DNA from: Mobula hypostoma
Taxonomy: Eukaryota
Direction: 5' to 3'
Length of the DNA stretch: 64,000 nt
NCBI RefSeq assembly: GCF_963921235.1
Contig: NC_086108.1
Coordinates: 66,342,001-66,406,000, forward strand
The notes beneath the pieces are model-generated. The model saw nothing but the letters and a program-made list of their open reading frames with translations. It had not been told where the DNA came from and ran no database searches. Each line of letters begins with the position of its first letter. Positions within the stretch are counted from its first letter, which is position 1. Shown piece by piece: positions 11,176-24,680 of this stretch. Position numbers and translations under genes: made by a program.

Positions 11176-12329
11176 AAAAAGCTCTTTAATCTCCTTCAGG
11201 ACCATAGGAGGTATTCTAACAGATTTTGGTGGTTTGCTTTCCCTGATATCAACTAATTTATCTGAAACGTTCACTTAAATTTGCAATAAAATCTCCAATT
11301 GGACTTGCAAATATTTAAACAATCGCTCCTTATTGCATTGTGTAATATAACTATTGCAGCTCAGATCCCTGCTGGTGTTCACATTTCACATGAAATTCCT
11401 ACTAGTCATCCAATGGAATCATGGTCATAAGCAAACTCACACCAGAAGTGTACAGTCAAATTTCTTGTGTGACACAGAAATGATTGTTCTTCTTTCACTA
11501 AATGAACAATTGAGTTTTAATTGCAGTAAGTAAGATAACTGAATGAAATCTTAAAAAAATACAATTAAGGTATTATGGCAAACTGCATTAAAGTTTGTTG
11601 AACTTTACCCAGTTTGTTGAAAAGATGAAAATTTAAGTAGAATCTAAAGGCAAGCTTCATTTCTGAGGATCCATACTCATTACTTATTTTAAAGGTTATT
11701 AGTAGAACTATTTTATTTTTGATCATCAATGTCAAAATATTAATTTTTCCTATGAACAGAAGAAACTGGAAAAAGATATTAATAAGGAGGTTGATCTCAA
11801 ATAGTAAGTGAAAATTAAAATAACAGCAATATACCTGAGAAAATTAAATTATGCATGGAATAACAGATGGGCAACCAACAAAGCCTCAGCACTTAGATAG
11901 CACTCTGAATAAGCTAATAAACTGTTAAGTGTTGTCTCAAAAAAATGAAATATCATCTGAAATAAATACATTTCAGTTTTGCCATGTTCATTAAGCTTAT
12001 GTACTTGTTGTTATGGTTGTGATCAAGGAGAGACATTGAAGCTGGTGATAGAGATAGCTAAAGCTATCAGTAGTGGCTGTCATTAGTTACTCTGTGGGCA
12101 GGTCATGGTAAGATAATTTTGTTTCAGGTTCACAGCAATAATTCATATTCCATGCCATGACAGAAGATGACCAGCGATCTTGACAAACAGTGTTTTTGAT
12201 CAATCTACTACTTGTACACTACATGATTCCAAGCACTTCGTTCTTTTCTGCAAATATGCATTACATAGAATGACCGCTGCTTTATCTCCCTTCCTCTTTG
12301 ATTGGCTTTCCCACCACTGCCAATGTTCC

Positions 12330-12663
12330 TGTCACAGTGTGAGCTAACAGACAGCTGAACCCAGGTGCTGAGGCATGACAGACCGCCATGTAGGGACAGA
12401 AAGAAGAGTTTATTTCAGAGGAATTTCAACAGAACATCGGTGGCACTTCTGAGTGACGCCATGAGACAAACCATTCATGATACATAAGGATCCCGCGATA
12501 AACACAAGTAGGGAGTCCACTTTAAATATTCACAGTACTTGGAAAACCCATGTCAGTCAATATAAACTTGACAAGATCAAATAAAAGCTCAAGGGCTTAA
12601 CAACTCTAGATAAGACAACAATTAACAAATACTGGTGTACAGGTCCGCAGGACTCATGACAGA

Positions 12664-12698
<35 letters not shown>

Positions 12699-14418
12699 AG
12701 ACTGGTAGCTGACAGGTCAGGAAACCCTGGAGAACTCAAGATAGGGCTGGTAAACTTGAGACAGGCATGATGCTCTCAAGATAGCGCTAGTAAACGTTGC
12801 ATGTAACTCAGGAACATAGAATCAAACTCACGAACATGGAATAGTCCTCAAAATCCTGGAATAGTCCCCGGAAATCTCGAGAGCAACAGGAGAGCCAGGA
12901 AATCTTGATGACATTGAGTGTGGATTAGGGAACCTCAGAATGTGGTCTTGAGAAACTCAGAAGGTAGCCTCAGGAAGCTCAAAATGTAGCCTCGGGTAAC
13001 TCGTAATGTAGCCTTGGATCAAGCATTGAGAATAGATGGCATCCTCGCCACTGAAAGCTCAAGCTATCCAAACCACTTTCCAAGCTGCTGTTGAGCCTCC
13101 ACGAGGTCCATTTATGGTGGATTCCTACTGTCACAGTGTGTGGTAACAGACAACTAAACCCAGATGCAGAGGAATGACAGATTTCTATGTAGAAATAGAA
13201 ACAAGAGTTTAGTCATAGGAATTCCAACAGAACATTGGTGCTCAACTGAGCAAAACTGCAAGACAAATCATACCTGAAACACAAGGAACCTGCAAGGGAC
13301 TCTACTTTAAATGATCACAGTATGCAGAAAACCTGTGCCAGTCAAAATAAACTTGACAAGATTAAACAAAAAGCACAAGTGCTTAACAGTGTCAGATAAG
13401 ATAACAATTAATAAATACAAACAAGAGAAAATCTGTAGATGCTGGATCTCCAAAGCAACACACACAAAATGCTGGAGGAATTCAGCAGCTTCTATTGGAA
13501 AAGAGTAAACAGTCAATGTTTCAGGCCAAGACCCTTCATCAAGACTGGAAAAAAGAGATGAGAGGTCAAAGTAAGAAGTTGGGGGAGGGCAAGAAGAAGT
13601 AAAAGGTGATATGAGAAACTGGGAGGGGGGAGGGATGAAGTAAAGAGCTGGGAAGTTGATTGGTGAAAGAGATAAAGAGCTTGTGAAAGGGGAATCTGAT
13701 AGGAGAGGACAGAAGACCAGGGAAGAGGAAGGAGCACCAAAGGGAGATGATGGGCACATAAGGAGATAAGGTGAGAGAGGGAAATGGGAATGACAAATGG
13801 TGAAGGGGGGTGCGGGTGGAGAGGCATTTGTCAGAAGTTTGAGAAATCAATGTTCATACCGTCATGTTGGGGGCTACCCAGATGGAATATAAGGGGTTGC
13901 TCCTCCAAGCTGAGCGTGAACTCATCACGACAGTAGAGAAGGCCATGGACTGACATGTCAGATTAGGAATGGGAAGTAGAATTGAAATGGGTGGCCACTG
14001 GAAATCCCACATTTTCCGGTGGATGGATCATAGGTGCTCTGCAGTCTCCCAATCTATGTCAGGTCTCACCAATATACAGGAGGAGGCACCAGGAGCACCA
14101 GATATAGTAGATGAGCCCAACAGACTCATAGGTGAAGTGTTACCTCACCTGGAAGGTTGCTTGGGGCCCTGAATGATAGTGAGGGAGGAAGTGTAGTGGC
14201 AGGTGTGGCACTTATTCCGCTTGCAAGGATAGGTTTCAGGGGGAGAACAGTGGGAGAGACTAATGGACAAAGGAGTTGGGTAGGAAGCAATTCCCGCGGA
14301 AAGCAAAAATTGCAGGGGAATGAAAGACATGCTTTGTCGTGGCATCTCAGTGGAGATGACAGAAGTTATGCAGAATAACAGGAAGATACAGGTGCATAGA
14401 CCTGCAGGGTTCATGACA
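12330..14418 (-). mobile_element. Complete miniature LTR retroelement (TRIM-like)
   Basis: Two homologous LTRs TGTCAC...ATGACA at 12330-12661 and 13129-14418, the second split by a Penelope insert. 467-bp internal region. 5-bp TSD GTTCC at 12325-12329 and 14419-14423. Confidence 0.85.
13419..14385 (-). mobile_element. Penelope-like element 3' part (GIY-YIG remnant plus pLTR)
   Basis: ETYPCKRNKCHTCHYTSSLTIIQGPKQ (ORF 14145-14414), YIGET and EEQPLIFHLG-like motifs. The terminal repeat is shared with the copies at 62 and 63 kb. Confidence 0.85.
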
Positions 14419-15028
14419 GTTCCTCTGAGATCCAGTTTTTAACCCAGCTGTATTTGTCCATTCCCTGTTCAACCTTCTTATGTTTATCGATTATATACTC
14501 TGTGAATTCTCCCCTCTTCATAATCCAAGCCATGAAGTGGCTGCATTCCTTTTCTGTAGAAAGTTAAAATTTCTGCAGTATTGTCCATCTTAGGTCTTGA
14601 TTCTCAGATTTTCCCACACATAGTGAAATATGCACAATCAATTCCCCAACCGAGTATACACTGGTGTTCTGAACATGATCTTCCATACTACTTAGGTGTT
14701 CTCAGTAAACTTGCTATACTCAATCAGTTGCCTACTGATCAAGTACACATGCACCTTCTGCTATCTCGAGCGGTTAGTAACCAGATTTCACAACTGATAG
14801 CCCTGTCTTGACAAGCTACTCAGCGCTGTCTGGTACTGATTTCTTTTACAAAACATTGAAACTCACAGACACCACACTTTTATATCTACCTATTGAGTTC
14901 TCTGACATGCCTATAAATGCTCTGTGATCCTGTGGTCATTGACCTCAATGTTGATCTATGATTGCTTCTCCTAAAAAGAATACTCAAACCTCTTAGAAGT
15001 CACTGGATACACAGTGGACCATGAACGC

Positions 15029-15716
15029 ATCCCAGATGTGCCCCCAAATGTTGTGACTGTGCTCAAAGTCACCAGAGAGACACTAAAGCTGATGATATAG
15101 AGGTCTTTATTCGTCACAGCAAGTAGACATCATTCTGGAGACACTTTCAGTAGAGGCTCATAAATTCAAAGGTACGTCACATTTTTATATTCTAAAGATC
15201 AAGGTAACAGTAGGTGATTGAATACAATTTCAATAGTTACAATGACATTGTTTACTTCAAATAGTTCTTTTGCGATACATAGTGGAAGCACACTATAATT
15301 GATGAGACACCTCTGAAGATCCAGGCACCTTTGGGAGAAACTAATCAAAACCAATATTCTAAAAACTTTTGATGACAGAGAGCCAGACACCAAAAATTAT
15401 TTTTGCAAGGGTTGTATATGAGTACACAAATATTGCAAGTACACGAAAACAGTTGGTTGCTTCTTCTGTGACCATGTTTGATATGCAAAGTGACAACATC
15501 TGTCTGGTCTGCCATCTTGAACTCAAGTTGCAATGGTGCAAATAACTTAGCTATGTTGCTTGGTGAGAAGCAGGCCAATTAACACGACCCCGTTGTCTTA
15601 ACTTCTGGCTGTTGCGTATACAATCTCTTAGTCAGTTTAACGTCAATTTACTGCTTGCAATTTATAATAAGAATTGAAGGCCACTTGCAAGCATCCCAAA
15701 CTTATTTATATTTACA
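15029..15716 (-). mobile_element. Old LTR with adjacent PBS-Pro (ERV or Gypsy); right boundary uncertain
   Basis: The minus strand at 15029-15046 reads TGGGGGCACATCTGGGAT (15/18 to PBS-Pro), next to a TGTTG terminus at 15049. AATAAA lies on the minus strand at about 15106-15111. Confidence 0.5.
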
Positions 15717-17332
15717 GTAAGAATGGAAGAGTGGCTCTAGTTTGAATAAATACCTGCTATATCCACATATCTCCAGAATACTCCCTCACATCTGTGTTGT
15801 CATTTTCAATAAAAAGTGAAGATGAGCCAAAGGCCCTTCTGTTCAATTATGTTCCTTAGGACTCTACCAGTTACTAAATAGATGCACGCCCTGTCTTCTC
15901 AAAGTGAACTGGTCAAAATTAAATTCCATCTGCCTGTTCTCTGCCCAACTTTCCAACTGATCAATACCCTTCTGTAGCTTTAGCCAACCCTCATTATTTC
16001 TGGATTCATACAAACCTGTGCATTGTATCACTGCAGAAGTTTAACTAGAACAGAATTTCTGAGTTAATTTTGACAGCTGCCTGGACGATCTTTGTCTAGG
16101 AAGCTGTATGTGACTGTGACCCTAATCTCCATGACAAATTAGGCAGGGTAAAAAGGAGGTTAAATTTGAGTTCACAGGAAGTCACAGATCTCTGCAAGAA
16201 AAGAGAATGCAATTTGAGTATACTGGCCCTTTAAGGAGTATGGATTCAGAGAAGATAGAGTTATTTAAACCTGACTGCTCTGTGACTAAATAAGAACTGT
16301 TATGTTTCTCATGCCAATTAAGTTCATTTTACAACATACATGTTATATCACTGTTGACATCTTCTGAGAGAGTTGAACACCAGTAAGAAGATGGCAACAA
16401 TCTTGAGAAAAAGTGAGGAGACAAGTTTTCTAATGGACACCAAGACTTCTAGAACTGTGCAACAAATTACTCTCTCCCAAATTAAGCAAATTTCCCACTG
16501 CATAGCATTGTCTATCTTGTAGTCATGCAATTGAATTTATACAAACATTAAATTAAACAACTTAGAAATGTCTTGAGTCTTGAGGTCATTGTGGGTTGGC
16601 CTGACGTAAACTGAATGTAGCAATCCACTAGTGGCTCTTTGTTAAAATTCCAATGAATTATCAGGATCTGACATAGGATGGAAATTGTTTTGGCTGCCTC
16701 ATCAGTATATGGTTCCAGGGTGAATGAGTAATATGAATGATGGCAACTGCCTGCTGGTTCACTTCCATTTTATCAGAAGCACCAATTTCATCCATTTTAC
16801 CATTTTATGTGCCCAGCAGATACTGGAACTAAAAGCTTGTTTACGTTGTTTTCCAACTGGGAAATAGATGAAGAGACAAAGAGTCCTTGAAAGTGAGTCC
16901 ATTTCAGTGGGAACAGTTCAGTGATGGGATGAGTGAAGTTGAGTAAATTATCCCCACCGATTCAAGAGCCTGATGGTTGAGGGGTAATACTGTTCCTGAA
17001 CCTGGTGGTGTAGGTCCTGAGGCTCCTGTACCTCCTTCCTGATGACAGCAATGAGAAGAGAGCATGGCCTTGATGGTAGGGGCCCTTGATCATGGATGAT
17101 GCTTTCCTGCAACAGCACTCCATGCGAGTGTACTCAGTGCTGGGGAGGGTTTTACCTGTGGTGGACTGAGCCATATCTGCTACATTTTTATAGGTTTTTC
17201 TGTACAATGGCACTGGTGTTACCATACCAGCCCATGACACAACCAGTAAACATATTCTTCACCACACATCTATAAAAGATTCTCAAAGTTTTGGATGACA
17301 TGCCAAATCTACACTAACTTCTAAGAAAGTAA

Positions 17333-20300
17333 ACATAGAAACATAGAAATATAGAAAACCTGCAGCACAATACAGGCCCTTCGGCCCACAAAGTTGGGCC
17401 GAACATGTCCCGACCTTGGAAATTACTAGGCTTACCTATAGCCCTCTATTTTACTAAGCTCCATATATCTATCCAAAAGTCTCTTAAAGGACCCTATCAT
17501 ATCCGCCTCCACCACCATTGCCGGCAGCCCATTCCACGCACTCACCACTCTCTGAGTAAAAAACTTACCCCTACAATCTCCTCAGCACCTTAAACCTGTG
17601 TCCTCTTGTGGCAACCATTTCAGCACTGGGAAAAAGCCTCTGACTATCCACACGATCAATGCCTCTTATCATCTTGTACACCTCTATCAGGTCACCTCTC
17701 ATCCTCCGTCGCTCCAAGGAGAAAAGGCCAAGTTCACTCAACCTGTTCTCATAAGGCATGCTCCCCAATCCAGGGCAACATCCTTGTAAATCTCCTCTGC
17801 ACCCTTTCAATGGCTTCCACATCCTTCCTGTAGTGAGGCAACCAGAACTGAGCATAGTACTCCAAGTGGGGTCTGACCAGGGTCCTATATAGAAACATAG
17901 AAACATAGAAAATAGGTGCAGGAGTAGGCCATTCGGCCCTTCGAGCCTGCACCGCCATTTATTATGATCATGGCTGATCACCCAACTCAGAACCCCGCCC
18001 CAGCCTTCCCTCCATACCCCCTGACCCCCGTAGCCACCCTCAGTCTTCTAAATTCCAACGAGTAAAAGCCCAATTCATCCAGTCTTTCTTCATATGAAAG
18101 TCCCGCCATCCCAGGAATCAATCTGGTGAACCTTCTTTGTACTCCCTCTATGGCAAAGATGTCTTTCCTCAGATTAGGGGACCAAAACTGCACACAATAC
18201 TCCAGGTGTGGTCTCACCAAGGCCTTGTACAACTGCAGTAGTACCTCCCTGCTCCTGTACTCGAATCCTCTCGCTATAAATGCCAGCATACCATTCGCCT
18301 TTTTCACCACCTGCTGTACCTGCTTGCCCACTTTCAATGACTGGTGTATAATGACACCCAGGTCTCGTTGCACCTCCCCTTTTCCTAATCGGCCACCATT
18401 CAGATAATAATCTGTTTTCCTATTTTTGCCACCAAAGTGGATAACTTCACATTTATCCACATTAAATTGCATCTGCCATGAATTTGCCCACTCACCCAAC
18501 CTATCCAAGTCACCCTGCATCCTCTTAGCATCCTCCTCACTGCTAACACTGCCACCCAGCTTCGTGTCATCCGCAAACTTGGAGATGCTGCATTTAATTC
18601 CCTCATCCAAGTCATTAATATATATTGTAAACAACTGGGGTCCCAGCACTGAGCCTTGCGGTACCCCACTAGTCACCGCCTGCCATTCTGAAAAGGTCCC
18701 GTTTATTCCCACTCTTTGCTTCCTGTCTGCTAACCAATTCTCCACCCAATAGCTGCAACATTACCTCTCATCAATTCCATGATTGATGAAGGCCAATACA
18801 CTGTATGCCTTCTTAACCACAGAGTCAACCTGCGCAGCTGCTTTGAGCGTCCGACTGACTCAGATGCAAAGATCCCTCTGATCCTCCACACTGCCAAGAG
18901 TCTTACGATTAATACTATATTCTACCATCATATTTGACCTACCAAAATGAACCACCTCACACTTACCTGGGTTGAACTCCATCTGCCACTTCTCAGCCCA
19001 GTTTTGCAGCCTATCAATGTCCTGCTGTAGCCCCTGACAGCCCTCCACACTATTCACAACACCTCCAACCTTTGTGTCATCAGCAAACTTACTAACCCAT
19101 CCCTCCACTTCCTCATCCAGATCATTTATAAAAATCATGAAGAGAAAGGGTCCCAGAATAGATCCCTGTGGGTCTCCACTGGTGACCAAGCTCCATGCAG
19201 AATATGACCCATCTGCAACGACTCTTTGCCTTCTGTGGGAAAACCGGTTCTGGATCCACAAAGCAACATCCCCTTGGATCCCATGCCCCCTTACTTTCTT
19301 AATAAGCCTTGCATGGGGTACCTTATCAAAAGCCTTGATGAAATCCATATACACTACATCTACTGCTCTTCCTTCATCAATGTGTTTAGTCACATCCTCA
19401 AAAAATTCAATCAGGCTCGTAAGGCACAACCTGCCCTTGACAAAGCTATGCTGACTATTCCTAATCATATTATGCCTCTCCATATGTTCATAAATCCTGC
19501 CTGTCAGGATCTTCTCCATCAACTTACCAACCACTGATGTAAGACTCACTGGTCTATAATTTCCTGGGCTACTTCTACTCCCCTTCTTGAATAAGGGAAC
19601 AACATCCGCAACTCTCCAATTGTCCGGAACCTCACCCATCCCCAGTGATGATGCAAGGATCATCGCCAGAGGCTCAGCAATCTCATTCCTCGCCTCCCAC
19701 AGTAGCCTGAGGTACATCTCATCTGGTCCCAGCGTCCTATCCAACTTGATGCTTTCCAAAAGCTCCAGCACATCCTCTTTCTTAATATCTACATGCTCAA
19801 GCTTTTCAGTCTGCTGCAAGTCATCACTACAATCACCTTTTCCATAGTGAATACTGAAGTAAAGTATTCATTAAGTACCTCTGCTATTTCCTCCAGTTCC
19901 ATACACACTTTCTCACTGTCACACTTGATAGGTCCTATTCTATCACGTCTTATCCTCTTGCTCTTCACATACTTGTAGAATGCCTTGGGGTTTTCCTTAA
20001 TCCTGCCCACCAAGGCCTTCTCATGGCCCCTTCTGACTCTCCTAATTTCCTTCTTAAGCTCCTTCCTATTAGCCTTATAATCTTCTAGATCTCTAACATT
20101 ACCTAGCTCTCCGAACCTTTTGTAAGCTTTTCTTTTCTTCTTGACTAGATTTATTACAGCCTTTGTACACCACAGTTCCTGTACCCTACCATAACTTTCC
20201 TGTCTCATTGGAACGTACCTATACAGAACTCCACACAAATATCCCCTGAACATTTGCCACATTTCTTCCGTACTTTTCCCTGAGAACATCTGTTTCCAAT

Positions 20301-21130
20301 TAAAACTTCCAATTTCCTGCCTGATAGCCTCATAATTCTCCTTACTCCAATTAAATGCTTTTCTAACTTGTGTGTTCCTATCTCTCTCCAATGCTATTGT
20401 AAAGGAGATAGAATTGTGATCACTATCTCCAAAATGCTCTCCCACTGAGAGATCTGACACCTGACCAGGTTCATTTCTCAATACCAAATCAAGTACAGCC
20501 TCTCCTCTTGTAGGCTTATCTACTTATTGTGTCAAGAAACCTTCCTAAACACACCTAACAAACTCCACCCCATCTACACCCCTTGCTCTAGGGAGATGCC
20601 AATCGATATTTGGGAAAGTAAAATCTCCCATCATTACAACTCTGTTATTATTACACCTTTCCAGGATCTGTTTCCCTATCTGCTCCTCGATATCCCTGTT
20701 ACTATTGGGCGGCCTTTAAAAAGCACCCAGTAAAGTTATTGACCCCTTCCTGTTCCTAACCTCCACCCACAGAGACTCTGTAGACAATCCCTCCATGGCG
20801 TCTATCTTTTCTGCAGCCGTGACACTATCTGTGATCAACAGTGCCATGCCCCACCTCTTTTGCCTCCCTCCCCGTCCTTTCTGAAATATCTAATACCTGG
20901 CACTTGAAGTAACCATTCCTGTCTCTGAGCCATTCTAGTCTCTGTAATGGCCACCACATCATATCTTCAAGTACCGATCCATGCTCTAAGCTCATCTGCT
21001 TTGTTCACAACACTCCTTGTTTTAAAATAGACACATTTCAAACCTTCAGTCTGAGCGCGTCCCTTCTCTATCACCTGCCTATCCTCCCGCTCACACTGTC
21101 TACAAGTTTTCTCTATTTGTAAGCCACCCT
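17333..21130 (-). mobile_element. CR1 LINE, near-complete ORF2 (frameshifted)
   Basis: ORFs 19789-20487, 18860-19819 (NYRPVSLTS...KFADDTK) and 17571-17981; (aaacatag)n tail at 17333. Confidence 0.93.
17893..18748 (-). mobile_element. Nested 5'-truncated CR1 of another subfamily
   Basis: Open 252-aa ORF 17987-18745 (RT C-terminal half) with its own tail at 17893. It interrupts the host at ...cctatatag|ctgcaac. Confidence 0.9.
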
Positions 21131-22620
21131 CCTCTGTGCTTTCTTCTTAATGGTACTTATGTGCTGGACCTAGGACAGAACCTTGTCAAAGATAACACTG
21201 AGGAATTTAAAGGTTATGATTTCCTCTGCTGGACATCTAAATACTTTTACCAAAATTAACCCATTGGATAAGACATAAACATTTACTTTGTTTTTTAGAT
21301 TAAGGAATGCATATATCATAGTTAACATTGACCTGTTGATGGTTATTCAAGGTATCTATTTCAGGCTCATTTGAGCAATGATAGACCACAAATTAGGATT
21401 TCAATGGAAGATTATATTTGCCTTGGAGTCAGTACAGTCTCGATTCATTAAACTGGTGTTTGGGGTGATATAAGAGCCATGTGAGATGTGGAGATGGTCT
21501 TCTCATTGGAGTTTAGAATGAGAGGTGATCACATAAAAAGTATAAGATTTTAAATATAATTGATAGAATAACTTCAGGAAAGATTGTATTGTCTAGGACA
21601 AGGGTAAATTGAATTGTATCTGAATTAAAGGTCAGCCATTCAGCAAGTGAAATGTTCAAGGATATGTGGAGTGAAAAGGAAGATGGTTTAACTGAAGGAC
21701 AAATCATGATAATATTAAATGTCTGTACTCTTGCGAGACAGTGTAACCTACAGGTTCCATTTCTAAAGTCAAAAGTAGATCAGGATCCTTATTTAAAGGT
21801 TGGGCTGATATATCAGGACTTTAAATTAACAGAGTATGAAATGGCTTAAGGTGCAAAGGGTCAAGTATCTATTGAACAACAACTGGTCAAGCATATTGTC
21901 CAAATTCTATAAAGGCGAGGAATCTCCAATTAGCAACAGACTTCAGACAGCCAGCTTGTTCTGATTGTGCTAAACAATCAAAACAATAAGCAAACTTTGT
22001 AGCTGAAAGTGACTGCCTTTGGAACCAGCATTTTATAAATATAATTTTTCAATCTATGTTCCCTTTCTTTTGATTTTCTGCAATATTTTGAGTATTCCTG
22101 AGTCTATAATGAGGAATTGATAAGGTTGAATACAAATGAACTAAGACTTTCCCCTCACAAATTCCTTTCCATCCTCAATATCCTTGCAAAGCATGGGTGC
22201 TGTGTAGATTACCCACCATACTGTTGATTTGGAAGAGATGCTGTAGAGGAACAAATAGACACAAAGACATTATTTCTGTGTGGTCTCATCATGATTGAGT
22301 TAGGTGTTTGGTCTCTGCTTCACGGAGCTTTGTAGATAGTGATAGGCCACCAGGGATCATTTTGTGTCCTTGCTAAGCAGGAATTCCTTTATTGTATCAA
22401 ACCACTGTCCTCCACTTCAAGGGAAATGAGGCTGATGGTATTCTGCTGGGAGTTCTCCCCTGCTTCAGCCTCTGTCTACTAATCCCCATTTTTGGGGTCT
22501 GCTTGACACTCACCCTCTGTCAAAATTGTACAACACATACACCATGATGCATCTGGCTGAGGTATATAGAGGATCCACGTGGATCAACTGAGGCAATGGA
22601 GTCTCATATTTAGAAATTTA

Positions 22621-23149
22621 GACTTCACAGACCAGACCATGACAGAAAGAAAAGAGAAAGCAGGAAATAACCAGCAGACCAGACAGCATCTCTGGAGAGA
22701 CAAAAGCTCAAATGAACCCTGACTTCTCATAAGTTTAGGGAGTAGCCAACCAGCAATTGTACTCATGTGCTCCTAAAGGCTTCCATTAAAAACGTGGACC
22801 TCTTCCTCAATAGGGAAGTCTTCACTTTCAGTGACTATTTTCAGTGACTATTGTGTGGGATCTTCTGGTTGGTGCTAATTTTCCATGAGAAGTGTATTAA
22901 TTTGTATAAGGCCAGCATTCCTTCTTTAATGCCCAAACAAGAAAGTGAAGACTTCCCTATTGAGGAAGAGGTCCACGTTTTTAATGGAAGCCTTTAGGAG
23001 CACATGAGTACAATTGCTGGTTGGCTACTCCCTAAACTTATGAGAAGTCAGGGTTCATTTGAGCTTTTGTCTCTCCAGAGATGCTGTCTGGTCTGCTGGT
23101 TATTTCCTGCTTTCTCTTTTCTTTCTGTCATGGTCTGGTCTGTGAAGTC
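22621..23149. repeat. Perfect inverted duplication: 209-bp arms, 111-bp spacer
   Basis: 22621-22829 is the reverse complement of 22941-23149. The ORF track gives the same peptide on both strands (22584-22766 minus, 23004-23216 plus). Confidence 0.95.
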
Positions 23150-24680
23150 CGCATTCCGGTTCACGGTCCAGTCTGTGGACTCAGGACTCTGGGTCTTCCA
23201 GCTGTCCCTTGTTTGAGTTAATCATAAGCACTTGATTCCCATCTTGGGGCTTGGAATATAAGTAGCCTTGGGGTTGAGTGTGAGCTGCTGGTTTGTTTTG
23301 CCAAGGTCCCCTTGGAGCAACCTGACAGTGGAAGGCTAGAGCAGCCAATTGCCATCTTTAGGTCGCGTTGGGGAACCATCCCCTCATGGAGCCTTGCTGT
23401 CAGTAGTCAGAGCTATCTTTGTGGTATGGATTCGGCTGTTTCCTGGGCCAGCTGAGAGGCTGCCTGCTACTCTGAGCTAGGTAGGGATCTGGCTCTTTCT
23501 GTAGCCAGCTGAGGTTGCTGGCTGAACTGAGACTTGGAGCTACCCTGGAGCAGAGATGGATCTGTCTGTTGTTCTTTGGTGTTGTCTCTTGTCCTGGCCT
23601 CCGTGGGGTAAGCCAGGCCGTTTTGCCGTTACCCTGCGGGAGGTCTTGTATTGTCTTGTCTTGTCCTTGCCTCTGTTGGGTAAGTCCGGCCGTTCTGCCA
23701 TTACCAGATGGAGAGACCTGTCCCACCTTGGTTTGGAGATGAAGTTGAGTCCCGGCTTGTCTTAGCATATGTCCTGGCTCTGTCTATGTTCTGTCCTGTC
23801 TCATGTTAGTGTCATGTTAAAGATGAGTTCCGGCTTGTTGATGGATAAGTCCCGGCTATATGTTGATGTTCGGTTCCCAGTCTGTCTCTGAGCTCCAAGA
23901 ACCCTAGCCTCGAGGATCCCGCAGCCAAGCTCCAAGAACCCTCACCTGGAGGATCCCGCAGCCAAGGTCCAAGAACCCTAGCCTTGAGTATCCCGCAGCC
24001 AAGCTCCAAGAACCCTAGCCTCGAGTATCCCGCAGCCAAGCTCCAAGAACCCAAGCCTCGAGGATCCCGCAGCCAAGCTCCAAGAACCCAAGCCTCGAGG
24101 ATCCCGCAGCCAAGCTCCAAGAACCCAAGCCTCGAGGATCCCGCAGCCAAGCTCCAAGAACCCAAGCCTCGAGGATCCCGCAGCCAAGCTCCAAGAACCC
24201 AAGCCTCGAGGATCCCGCAGCCAAGCTCCAAGAACCCAAGCCTCGAGGATCCCGCAGCCAAGCTCCAAGAACCCAAGCCTCGAGGATCCCGCAGCCAAGC
24301 TCCAAGAACCCAAGCCTCGAGGATCCCGCAGCCAAGCTCCAAGAACTCAAGCCTCGAGGATCCCAAGCCAAGCTCAGGCCTCTAGACCCCAGCCACGTCC
24401 TGTCCTGAAGCCATGTCATGTTCTTGCCTGGTTCTGGGGTCCGAGCCCGAGGCAAAACCCAGGTTCTGGGTCCTTGTCCAGTCTCGGGCTTGGAGTCCAA
24501 GCCTTGTCTCCTAGTCCATGATTTCTAGTCCTGGTCCCGCTTTTCCTAGCCCAAGTCCGCGTTCTTGTCCCTGCTTCTGGTCTGAATCCTGTCATATCCC
24601 TACTCTAGCCAAGTCCTGTTCCTTGTACTTCAGTGTCTGTGTCTTACATTTGTGTCTGTTCACAGCACCCCATTGTGGCA
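23126..24680 (+). mobile_element. Solo LTR with internal minisatellite
   Basis: TGTCATGG...TGTGGCA termini and a 5-bp TSD CTTTC (23121-23125, 24681-24685). The ends are shared with 35706-36814 and 36841-37875. Confidence 0.85.
23892..24375. repeat. 37-bp minisatellite, about 13 units
   Basis: Unit GCTCCAAGAACCCAAGCCTCGAGGATCCCGCAGCCAA, head-to-tail with no spacers. Confidence 0.95.

Larger units (their letters stand above)
16870..21230 (-). mobile_element. Rex1/Babar LINE 3' part (16870-17332 and 21131-21230) split by CR1
   Basis: ORF 16962-17240 reads CCRKASSMIKGPYHQGHALFSLLSSGRRYRSLRTYTTRFRNS. Both halves are collinear with the uninterrupted copy at 53835-54740. Confidence 0.75.

Noticed and set aside
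22621..23149. MITE or fold-back transposon
   Set aside because: One arm crosses an LTR/flank junction and no TSD flanks the palindrome, which fits a local duplication.
23892..24375. 37-bp repeat array as a possible CRISPR array
   Set aside because: Units are head-to-tail with no unique spacers, there are no cas genes, and it lies inside a eukaryotic LTR. It is a minisatellite.
23812..24500. Several 110-184 aa repetitive ORFs
   Set aside because: By-products of a stop-poor tandem repeat, open in several frames on both strands.
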